Shown here in pieces: positions 47,899 through 55,648 of a stretch of DNA of 58,122 nucleotides. The DNA is from a virus (lineage: Duplodnaviria; Caudoviricetes): IMG/VR virus record IMGVR_UViG_3300027721_000019, positions 1 through 58,122 of that record; one strand, given 5' to 3'. The stretch's first letter is position 1. Each line of letters begins with the position of its first letter. The notes under the pieces were generated by a model. It was not told where the DNA came from. It ran no database searches and saw only the letters and a program-made list of their open reading frames with translations. Made by a program: the position numbers and the translations under genes.

Positions 47899-48168
47899 AT
47901 GAACTTTGAATTAATAGTAGAAGAGTTGCTTGAGGAAAAAGGTGGTCGTTGTACAAAGGTAACGGGTCAGATGTCATCTACTCGTAAAGATAAAAAATAC
48001 ATGAAATGCGTTCGTGTTGATGGTAAATTAAAGCGTGTACATTACGGTGACCCCAATTTAAGAATTAAAAAATCTAACTCTAAACGTAGAAAGAGTTTTA
48101 GAGCACGTCATAAATGTTCAACAGCTAAGCCCGGTACAGCTCGTTATCTAAGTTGTAAAAATTGGTAA
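47899..48168 (+). CDS. small basic protein with acidic N-terminal peptide
   Basis: KRVHYGDPNLRIKK...RRKSFRARHKC...ARYLSCKNW, a motif seen in many T4-like phages. Confidence 0.75.
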   Translation: MNFELIVEELLEEKGGRCTKVTGQMSSTRKDKKYMKCVRVDGKLKRVHYGDPNLRIKKSNSKRRKSFRARHKCSTAKPGTARYLSCKNW

Positions 48169-48618
48169 GTGAACAGAAGACGTACAGTTAGATTTAAACA
48201 AGGTCTCTTCAAGCCTAGTAACCCGGACAAGTATAAAGGCTCCCTACCTATCATATACAGATCATCTTACGAATTACGGTTTATGAGATGGGCAGATCAT
48301 AACCCTGCAATAGTCTCTTGGGGATCAGAATCTATTATTATTCCTTACCCTAACCCGTTAACAGGGAGAGTATCTAGATACTTTGTGGATAATAATATTA
48401 CTATTAAATCTAAAGATGGTACTATTAAAAAATATCTTATAGAGATTAAACCGTCTATTCAAACCCTGCCACCTAAAGCAACAAGAAACACAAAATCGTT
48501 AATGCGTAAGCAAGCTGAGTATGTAAAGAATAGAGCTAAATGGCAAGCAGCCACAGAATGGAGCAAGAAGAAGGGTTACGAGTTTACAATCATAACCGAA
48601 AAGCATTTAGGTTTATAA
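48169..48618 (+). CDS. gp4: head completion nuclease gp4
   Basis: F.P.NP.KY.G....IYRSSYE, W.SE...IPY, RYFVD, IEIKP..QT.PP, N.AKW.AA, F.I.TE. Confidence 0.92.
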   Translation: MNRRRTVRFKQGLFKPSNPDKYKGSLPIIYRSSYELRFMRWADHNPAIVSWGSESIIIPYPNPLTGRVSRYFVDNNITIKSKDGTIKKYLIEIKPSIQTLPPKATRNTKSLMRKQAEYVKNRAKWQAATEWSKKKGYEFTIITEKHLGL

Positions 48619-49443
48619 ATGATTGTTAGGGTTATAATACCCTGTACCTACAATAATATTATCAGGTAAAGGCTCTTCTTTTTTCTTAGGTACTTTAGTT
48701 TCTTTTAACATACTACCAGTTAAAGCAATATTAAGTGCCAATACTAAGCTAACTGATAACGGGTCAAATACCGACACTAGAATAAGAATAAACCATTTTA
48801 CAACTGTATCTAAAGGCATATTAAATGATTTAGCAACAAACTTAAATGTACCAATATCATTTGCTTTACTAGTGTCTGTTTTAAGAGCTATAATTTCATT
48901 ATCTTTTTCAAACTTAGTAGTCTGCAATGTTTGAAGTCTACCTGTTAGGTTTGTAATTTCATCACTAGACTTTTTTATGTCATCATAAATCGGTTTAGCC
49001 GCTTTTGATGATAAATCAGGTAATCTTTTTTCTTGTGACTTTCTAGCTACATTTAACGTTTCAATACGATTTTGAATACTAATAATTTCTTCGTTAACTG
49101 ACTGTTTTTGATTTTCTATTAGAGCTATTTTATTATCATCTAGTGTATTTTTAGCAGCATTTACTTGATAAGCTGAAGAAAGATAGCCGAATATACCAGC
49201 AGATGTAATAATCATTAAGGTACCTACTGCTAGAAGAAGATAGGTCCTAAGAAATATGTTTGTCTTGTTCCAGTAGCGATAAAGGTAAGAAGTGGCAACG
49301 AGTTTAGCAAACTCTAGTGCTCCAGCCATAATCATTACTTGATAATAACACCCTGAAAATAAAGAAGCTATACCTAATACTGAGAAAAAAGCAGCACTAC
49401 CTGCAACTAATAATGATGATAAACTTAACAGTATAATAAACAT
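48613..49443 (-). CDS. membrane protein (3 N-terminal TM, coiled coil, C-terminal TM)
   Basis: Hydrophobic helices, LEFAKLV, ITSAGIFGYLS, coiled coil, WFILILVSVFDPL. Confidence 0.75.
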   Translation of the reverse strand: MFIILLSLSSLLVAGSAAFFSVLGIASLFSGCYYQVMIMAGALEFAKLVATSYLYRYWNKTNIFLRTYLLLAVGTLMIITSAGIFGYLSSAYQVNAAKNTLDDNKIALIENQKQSVNEEIISIQNRIETLNVARKSQEKRLPDLSSKAAKPIYDDIKKSSDEITNLTGRLQTLQTTKFEKDNEIIALKTDTSKANDIGTFKFVAKSFNMPLDTVVKWFILILVSVFDPLSVSLVLALNIALTGSMLKETKVPKKKEEPLPDNIIVGTGYYNPNNHL

Positions 49444-49489
49444 AAGTACAGTATTTATTGATTTTAACCGAGAAAACGTAACTAGACTG

Positions 49490-49497
49490 TATAAATA
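49490..49497 (+). promoter_or_regulatory. T4-type late promoter (TATAAATA)
   Basis: Exact consensus 12 nt before the gp21 ATG; a divergent minus-strand TAAATA lies at 49452-49457. Confidence 0.72.
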
Positions 49498-49509
49498 ATT
49501 GTAACATAT

Positions 49510-50184
49510 ATGGGACTCAAATTTCTAGTCGAAGATATCCATGACGACATTGACTTCTTAATTGAAGAAAAGAACCGTCAGGGCGAACAAAAACTCTTTA
49601 TCACCGGGCCATTCTTAATGGCTGAAGAAAAGAATCAAAACGGACGTATATACAAGTTAGACGAAATGGTTAAAGAAGTTAACCGTTATACCGTTGATAT
49701 GGTCAAGTCACGTCGTGCTATCGGTGAAATGAATCATCCTCAATCTACAGAAGTTAATCCTGTTAATGCTTGTCATTTAGTTACCGAATTAACACAGAAG
49801 GGAAATTACTTTTATGGTAAGTCCCAAGTTTTAAATACACCTATGGGGCTTCTTCTTAAGTCTCTCATTCAGGATAATATTAAAATGGGTATTAGCTCCC
49901 GTGCCCTTGGCAACGTTAATGAAACATCTAATGCCAAACACGTATCTAACTTTCATCTTATTTGTTTAGACGTTGTTCATCAACCATCAGTACAAACAGC
50001 AATGCTTGAATCTGTTATGGAGTCAAAAGAGTGGATGATTAGGCCAGACGGTACAATTGTTGAAGCTGCTATTAAGGCTTATAACGAATTAGAAAAAAAT
50101 CTTCGCAACTTACCTAAACACGGTACAGATGCTTTCTTAAAAGAATCGTTGATGTCTTTCATCAAGATGCTTAAGTCTGCTTAA
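49510..50184 (+). CDS. gp21: prohead core protease
   Basis: ITGPFLMAE.KNQNGRIY, AIGEMNHP, NTPMG, GISSRALG, DVVHQPS. Confidence 0.95.
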   Translation: MGLKFLVEDIHDDIDFLIEEKNRQGEQKLFITGPFLMAEEKNQNGRIYKLDEMVKEVNRYTVDMVKSRRAIGEMNHPQSTEVNPVNACHLVTELTQKGNYFYGKSQVLNTPMGLLLKSLIQDNIKMGISSRALGNVNETSNAKHVSNFHLICLDVVHQPSVQTAMLESVMESKEWMIRPDGTIVEAAIKAYNELEKNLRNLPKHGTDAFLKESLMSFIKMLKSA

Positions 50185-50194
50185 TTATAACAAT

Positions 50195-50338
50195 ATGGAC
50201 AACGTAAAGAAGGCCACACAGAATTTTATAGCTCAAATTGCAAATAAGGACTACTCCCAGGCTAAAATTGCATTACAGAATGTAGTTGCTGAAAAGATAA
50301 AAAATAAGGTAAGAACCTATATTAATCAGGAAAAGTAG
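50195..50338 (+). CDS. small prohead core protein, gp67-like (47 aa), not in the ORF track
   Basis: MDNVKKATQNFIAQIANKDYSQAKIALQNVVAEKIKNKVRTYINQEK* fills the gap between gp21 and gp22. Confidence 0.65.
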   Translation: MDNVKKATQNFIAQIANKDYSQAKIALQNVVAEKIKNKVRTYINQEK

Positions 50339-50365
50339 ACTAAATAGAATAAATAAATATACAAT

Positions 50366-51331
50366 ATGGACTTCAAGAAAATCCTTCAAGAGCAATTTAA
50401 AGATCTCATCACAGAAGATACACTCACAGCCGTTCACGAAGCCTTTGAACAGGCTGTAAATGAAAAGGCAGAAAAGAAAGCTGAACTTCAAGTTGAAGCA
50501 GCTGCAACTAAGATTGATGAAGATCATTCTGAAAAGCTTCAGAGGCTCGTTGAGGCTATTGATGCCGACCATACCTCCAAGCTCAAGAAGCTTGTTGAGA
50601 CAATTGATTTTGATCATGCCCAGAAGCTTAGAAAGGTTCTTACTAAGATTGATGAAGAACATACCTTAAAGCTTAAGCAAGTAATTAAACATTACGAAAC
50701 CGTTTTAAATGAAGAAGCTGAGTCCTTCCGTGGACGCCTTGTCGATGAAGTATCAAACTATCTCGACCTTTACATGGAAAAGACAATGCCGACTGAGCAG
50801 GTAAACGAAGCTGTGGAAAATATCCGCGCTCGTAAGACACTTGAGCAGATTCGCCAGCTTGTTGCTATCGATGAGAGTTTCATCGATAACGAGGTTAAGG
50901 AGGCCCTCGTTGATGGCAAAAGAACAATTGATTCCCTCAGAAAGGAATTGAACGAAGCATTAGAGTCTAACACAGAACTTAACCACAAGTTAAATCGTTC
51001 TGAGTCCGCTCTATTGCTTGAGTCAAAGACAAAGGATATGCCCGTTGCGGCTAAGTCCTTCGTCAGTAAGTTACTCAAGGGCAAGAGCCCTGAGTATATT
51101 CAAGAGAACTATCAGTACGTAGTTGAGATGTTCGAGAAAGAAATCTCCGAACAAGAAGATTCTGCTAAGGAAGGCGTAACCCAACGTATCGTTGAGGCCG
51201 TTGATCGCCCCGAAACAGAAGTTCTTGAGGAGGAAATTTCTTCACCGGCCCCGATCGTAGAATCGGGTGTAGGCGGATATCTGAATGAGATGAAGAAAGT
51301 AGACGGCTCTAAGCTTCGCTTAAAGCACTAA
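50366..51331 (+). CDS. gp22: prohead core scaffolding protein
   Basis: Acidic coiled coil between gp21 and gp23; AFEQAVNEK, LVDEVSNYLDLY. Confidence 0.85.
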   Translation: MDFKKILQEQFKDLITEDTLTAVHEAFEQAVNEKAEKKAELQVEAAATKIDEDHSEKLQRLVEAIDADHTSKLKKLVETIDFDHAQKLRKVLTKIDEEHTLKLKQVIKHYETVLNEEAESFRGRLVDEVSNYLDLYMEKTMPTEQVNEAVENIRARKTLEQIRQLVAIDESFIDNEVKEALVDGKRTIDSLRKELNEALESNTELNHKLNRSESALLLESKTKDMPVAAKSFVSKLLKGKSPEYIQENYQYVVEMFEKEISEQEDSAKEGVTQRIVEAVDRPETEVLEEEISSPAPIVESGVGGYLNEMKKVDGSKLRLKH

Positions 51332-51376
51332 GTTTACACTTTCCCTTCATACTCAAAAGGTCGAAATTCTTTAAAA

Positions 51377-51383
51377 TAAGGAG
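51377..51383 (+). promoter_or_regulatory. Shine-Dalgarno site of the major capsid gene
   Basis: TAAGGAG 11 nt before ATG 51395. Confidence 0.6.
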
Positions 51384-51394
51384 AAAAAATAACT

Positions 51395-52846
51395 ATGGAA
51401 CTTTTTCATATCAACAAAAACACAGCCGAATCCCTCGTCGAAAAGTGGAGCCCAGTATTGGATTACTCTTCCGACAAGGTCTCGGCTATTTCTAACGAAA
51501 ACACACGTCTGAACACCGCCATCCTCTTGGAAAACCAGGAGAAGTGGTGCTTCGAAGCTAGTAACTCCGCCCAGTCTGGTGGCGTATTCGGTACCACAAA
51601 TGCCAATACTCCTAACCAGTTCAGTGGTGATACTTACGCCAAGGGTGATGCTCGTCTTCCTAAGGTCCTGATCCCCATGATCCGCCGTACATTCCCTGAA
51701 CTCATTACAAATGAGATCGTCGGTGTACAGCCCATGACAGGCCCGGTTGGACTTGCCTTCGCTATGCGTTACAAGTACGAGAGCACAGCTCTCGGTTACG
51801 GTGGAACCGTTGCCGGCGACGGCAATGCCGCTGCAGGACCTACTGCCGGTACAACAGCTACCTCTGACGGTAAGGAAATCGGGTATAACTACCTGAATAC
51901 CGCCTTCACAGGTACAACTGCTACCGCTACTAACGCCCTCACAGGCTTAGCTGGTGTCTGGGACAACCTCCCAGAAGACGCTGGCGTTGCTGCTCTTCTG
52001 AGCCAGTTCGAGCTTAGCTCAAACATCCCTCAGATGACAGTTTCGTTTGAAAAGACTGCTGTCGAGGCTGGCACACGCCGTCTCGCCGCTAAGTGGTCTG
52101 TTGAACTCGAACAGGATCTTAAGAACATGAATGGTATCGACATCGATGCAGAATTAACAAATGCTATGTCCTACGAAATTCAGGCTGAAATTGACCGTGA
52201 GATGATCATGCGTATGATTCAGACCTGCTTAAACGCTGGATCTACAACCGGATATTCTGTATGGTCGGCTCTTTCGGCTGATGGCCGTTGGAGTGGAGAG
52301 CGCGCTCGTGACTTCTACAACAGAGTTGTAGTTGAAGCTAATCGCGTTGCTATCCGTAATCGTCGTGGTGCAGCTAATTTCATTATTGCTACACCTCGTA
52401 TCTGTGCCATTCTTGAGACCCTCCCGAACTTCACCTGGCAGCCTGTCACCGGTAATGTAAATACTACACCCGTTGGCATTGCTAAGGTTGGTTCTGTTGG
52501 TGGTCGTTTCCAGATCTATCGTGATACACGTACAGAAGCTGAAGTCAACACTGGATACAATCCAGCTAGCTCCAGGTACAGTACCACTCGTACAGCCCCA
52601 ATCGATTATGCCCTCTTAGGGTATAAGGGACCTGAGTACTACGACACCGGTATTGTCTACTGTCCGTATATCCCTGTTATGGTTCAGCGTACCATTGGTC
52701 CAAATGACTTCTCACCACGCGTTGGTCTCTTAACCCGTTACGGCGTTGTAGATCACATCTTCGGAGCTAATCTGTATTATCACTTAATACTTTGCACCGG
52801 ACTTGGTCAGCAGTTCACACCTGGATCAGTTGCTGTCTACCTCTAA
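51395..52846 (+). CDS. gp23: major capsid protein
   Basis: LVEKWSPVL, TAILLENQ, GVQPMTGPVGLAFAMR, TRRLAAKWSVELEQDLK..NGID, EIDRE, YCPYIP, TRYG. Confidence 0.97.
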   Translation: MELFHINKNTAESLVEKWSPVLDYSSDKVSAISNENTRLNTAILLENQEKWCFEASNSAQSGGVFGTTNANTPNQFSGDTYAKGDARLPKVLIPMIRRTFPELITNEIVGVQPMTGPVGLAFAMRYKYESTALGYGGTVAGDGNAAAGPTAGTTATSDGKEIGYNYLNTAFTGTTATATNALTGLAGVWDNLPEDAGVAALLSQFELSSNIPQMTVSFEKTAVEAGTRRLAAKWSVELEQDLKNMNGIDIDAELTNAMSYEIQAEIDREMIMRMIQTCLNAGSTTGYSVWSALSADGRWSGERARDFYNRVVVEANRVAIRNRRGAANFIIATPRICAILETLPNFTWQPVTGNVNTTPVGIAKVGSVGGRFQIYRDTRTEAEVNTGYNPASSRYSTTRTAPIDYALLGYKGPEYYDTGIVYCPYIPVMVQRTIGPNDFSPRVGLLTRYGVVDHIFGANLYYHLILCTGLGQQFTPGSVAVYL

Positions 52847-52874
52847 TACAGGTAACCTAAATACTCAACGTAAA

Positions 52875-52907
52875 GAAACCCCGGAGAAATCCGGGGTTTC
52901 CTATTTA
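52875..52907 (+). terminator. rho-independent terminator after gp23
   Basis: 11-bp stem GAAACCCCGGA-GAAA-TCCGGGGTTTC followed by CTATTTA. Confidence 0.85.
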
Positions 52908-52933
52908 TATATTAGAAAAAAAATGCATTATTG

Positions 52934-52941
52934 TATAAATA
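52934..52941 (+). promoter_or_regulatory. T4-type late promoter (TATAAATA)
   Basis: Exact consensus, 8 nt before ATG 52950. Confidence 0.72.
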
Positions 52942-52949
52942 ATATACAT

Positions 52950-53354
52950 ATGGCAACAACATACAAAAACAGAAGTCACCCTGCATTACCCTCCCAAACC
53001 CCAGGTTTACCTGCTACCGGTTTTGTTACCGGAGTTAACTTTCTTTCAGCAACAAACGCTGCATCAGGTAGAATTGAAGTAGTTTATAATAACGCTCCAA
53101 TCGCGTTAACAACAACAGCATTTACTACAGGTTCATTTACTAATACTGCCGGTACAGGTCTGTCCTCAGGTAACGGTAGGATTATTTTTGATAATGCTTA
53201 CCACAGAACAGTAGCATATATCATAGTAAATGATAGAACATCGTTTGCAACAACATTACTTTCTGGTACAAATACAACATTAACATTATCAGCTAATGGT
53301 TTTGAAGCTTGGGGACCACATCAAGTCCGTCTTCGTCAATTAGAGTATATCTAA
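52950..53354 (+). CDS. putative capsid decoration/virion protein
   Basis: ATG 52950 lies downstream of the terminator and promoter; Thr/Gly-rich and beta-rich; monocistronic unit next to gp23. Confidence 0.55.
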   Translation: MATTYKNRSHPALPSQTPGLPATGFVTGVNFLSATNAASGRIEVVYNNAPIALTTTAFTTGSFTNTAGTGLSSGNGRIIFDNAYHRTVAYIIVNDRTSFATTLLSGTNTTLTLSANGFEAWGPHQVRLRQLEYI

Positions 53355-53377
53355 AATATAACACATTAATAAATTAG

Positions 53378-53413
53378 GAAAGCCTTTCATTAACTTGAAA
53401 GGCTTTCTTTTTT
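53378..53413 (+). terminator. rho-independent terminator
   Basis: 12-bp stem GAAAGCCTTTCA-TTAACT-TGAAAGGCTTTC followed by TTTTTT. Confidence 0.85.
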
Positions 53414-53450
53414 AGTTGTTTCTACATACCTCAGGCATAAATAATTTACA

Positions 53451-55052
53451 ATGCCATCTATTAAAACAATCCTTGATACCGAGTGTATAGGTGATTCTAG
53501 ACAAACCATTAATGACAACTTTAATAATCTTAATGTCGGTGTCAATAATAATACAACTGATATAGATATTCTATATTCAAGATTACAACTTACTGATAAT
53601 AATACAAGAGTTATAGGTTTAGAGGAACAGGGGGTTAATGTTGGTGGAGGCAATAATAACTTTTTTATCTTACAAGATGGTTCTTTACGTGTAGTAGGTA
53701 GAAATACCCAAGGAGAGCTAGGTGTTGGAAAAACAACAGTAGTAAACGTTCCTCGTGTAGCGGCGTTTAATCCCCCTTTACCAGTTGGTGAAAACGTTAG
53801 TAAGATCTATTCACTTTGTAATACTGTTTTTATACTTACAACCAAGGGTCGGGTGTTTGGGGCAGGTTTTAACGGACAACAGCAGATAGGTCAAGGAGAC
53901 ACTGCAAGTAAATTAGCATATACATTTATAAACGTGACAGGTGATACTAGTACAACACCTGCTGATCCTATTATTCATCTTGCACCTGGAAGTGGTGCTG
54001 TAAATACAAATTTGACAATTTCTGCTCTTACTCAATCTGGTAGAGTGTACGTTTGGGGAGATAATTCTAGAGGTCAAGCAGGTATAGGTTCGGTGACCGG
54101 TGGATCAGGAGATCTTGGTATTCCTCGATTAGCAAATACATTTACTAATACCGGTAAGTATATAACAGCAGCAGGTAATAATACTTACACAACTACATAT
54201 ATTGTAGATAACAATAATAAACTTTTCGTTGTCGGTAGAAATGCTGATGGATCTGCAGGTGTTGGAACTACAACTGATCTTACATCTTATCAACTGGTAG
54301 TCGGATTACCAAATAATTATCAAGTCAATAATATCCGCGCCGGAGGAGAAGTAGATAATAACACTGTCTGGGTAACACTACAAACCGGTGAATTATATGC
54401 AGCAGGATTTAATAATAAAAGTCAAGTAACAGGAACAGCTGTTACATCAAATCAAACATCTTTTATACGTACTCAGGGATTTACAACTAATGAAATAGTG
54501 CATGATGTTGCAGTACACGCTGATAGTGGATTCACTACTGTATGGGCTCTCATAAAAGATGGTACAGCATATCGCCTTAAAGGCTGGGGTAGCAACAACC
54601 AAGGACAATTAGGCTTAGGTAATATAACAGCTACAATAACAACACCTACATCTAATCCTAACTGGCCTTGGTTAGCAGACCGCGCTAAAGTCTCACAAGT
54701 TGTTGTAGCAGGTAACAATGAACTTAAAACAACTATTGTGTTAGATACCGCCGGAAGACTCTGGGCAGCTGGCTATAACGGTAACGGATGCTGCGGTAAC
54801 CCTACCACTACGACCTACTACAATACCTTTCAACGCGTACTATTTAACCCTGCCCTTGGCACACCCACATTATTACGCTCTACAAACAATGGGCTTACTA
54901 TTGGAGGGAGACCGACAAGTAGTATATTATGTTTACTAAGTACAGGTACAGTTATTGGGTGGGGCTGGGACGCAGTAAATTATCAGCAACTAGGAGTAGA
55001 TACCACCGCAGAAATTGTTAGAGTACCTGGTATTGTACAAATAATGCGTTAA
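53451..55052 (+). CDS. RCC1/BLIP-II-repeat beta-propeller protein with fibre anchor
   Basis: Repeated G.(V/L)...G.N..GQ(L/A)G.G units; N-terminal ECIGDSRQTINDNF plus coiled coil. Confidence 0.85.
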   Translation: MPSIKTILDTECIGDSRQTINDNFNNLNVGVNNNTTDIDILYSRLQLTDNNTRVIGLEEQGVNVGGGNNNFFILQDGSLRVVGRNTQGELGVGKTTVVNVPRVAAFNPPLPVGENVSKIYSLCNTVFILTTKGRVFGAGFNGQQQIGQGDTASKLAYTFINVTGDTSTTPADPIIHLAPGSGAVNTNLTISALTQSGRVYVWGDNSRGQAGIGSVTGGSGDLGIPRLANTFTNTGKYITAAGNNTYTTTYIVDNNNKLFVVGRNADGSAGVGTTTDLTSYQLVVGLPNNYQVNNIRAGGEVDNNTVWVTLQTGELYAAGFNNKSQVTGTAVTSNQTSFIRTQGFTTNEIVHDVAVHADSGFTTVWALIKDGTAYRLKGWGSNNQGQLGLGNITATITTPTSNPNWPWLADRAKVSQVVVAGNNELKTTIVLDTAGRLWAAGYNGNGCCGNPTTTTYYNTFQRVLFNPALGTPTLLRSTNNGLTIGGRPTSSILCLLSTGTVIGWGWDAVNYQQLGVDTTAEIVRVPGIVQIMR

Positions 55053-55066
55053 ATACTAATTAGCAT

Positions 55067-55645
55067 ATGGCACTTAATTTTACAACAACAATAAACGGAA
55101 CCGATTGTATTGGAGATTCTAGAACTACTATTAATAATAATTTTAGTGCTTTAGATGTTTTGTTAACGAGTTTATCACCATTAACAAGTCTTAATACAAG
55201 CTTATCTACAGCTAGTTTATCAGCTAGATTTATTAATCTTGTTCATACACCGTTTAATGACGGTGTTAATCCTAACTTTTTCATTGGTGAAGCTGGTGAC
55301 GGTACTGTAGGTTCAATAACAGATTCTTTAACAGGTTTTAATATTACTTACGACGAAATTAATAATACATTAAATACAAGTACTCAACAAGGGTCCGCTA
55401 CAAATAATATTGTTGTTTCATATGGTTTAAATGGTAATGTCGGTATTGGTACAACTACCCCTAATCAATTACTAACTGTTAGTGGTGTTATTAGTTCTAC
55501 GGGATTTGCTTCAGTAAGTGCTCTACAGTTAAACAACACAACAACACAAACAACTTTACTAAGCACACTTACAACAGTTAGTAAGTTTCCAATATATGAT
55601 GCTAACGGTACCTTATTAGGGTTTATACCTATTTGTAATTTCTAA
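55067..55645 (+). CDS. fibre protein with shared anchor
   Basis: DCIGDSRTTINNNF; GNVGIGTTTPNQLLTVSG trimeric fibre motif; terminal LLGFIP. Confidence 0.7.
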   Translation: MALNFTTTINGTDCIGDSRTTINNNFSALDVLLTSLSPLTSLNTSLSTASLSARFINLVHTPFNDGVNPNFFIGEAGDGTVGSITDSLTGFNITYDEINNTLNTSTQQGSATNNIVVSYGLNGNVGIGTTTPNQLLTVSGVISSTGFASVSALQLNNTTTQTTLLSTLTTVSKFPIYDANGTLLGFIPICNF

Positions 55646-55648
55646 TCT

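Noticed and set aside
52803-52949. N-terminal extension of ORF 52803 (similarly 1039, 2400, 3473, 19094, 37728)
   Set aside because: The extension overlaps the upstream gene or crosses a terminator; downstream starts fit promoter spacing better
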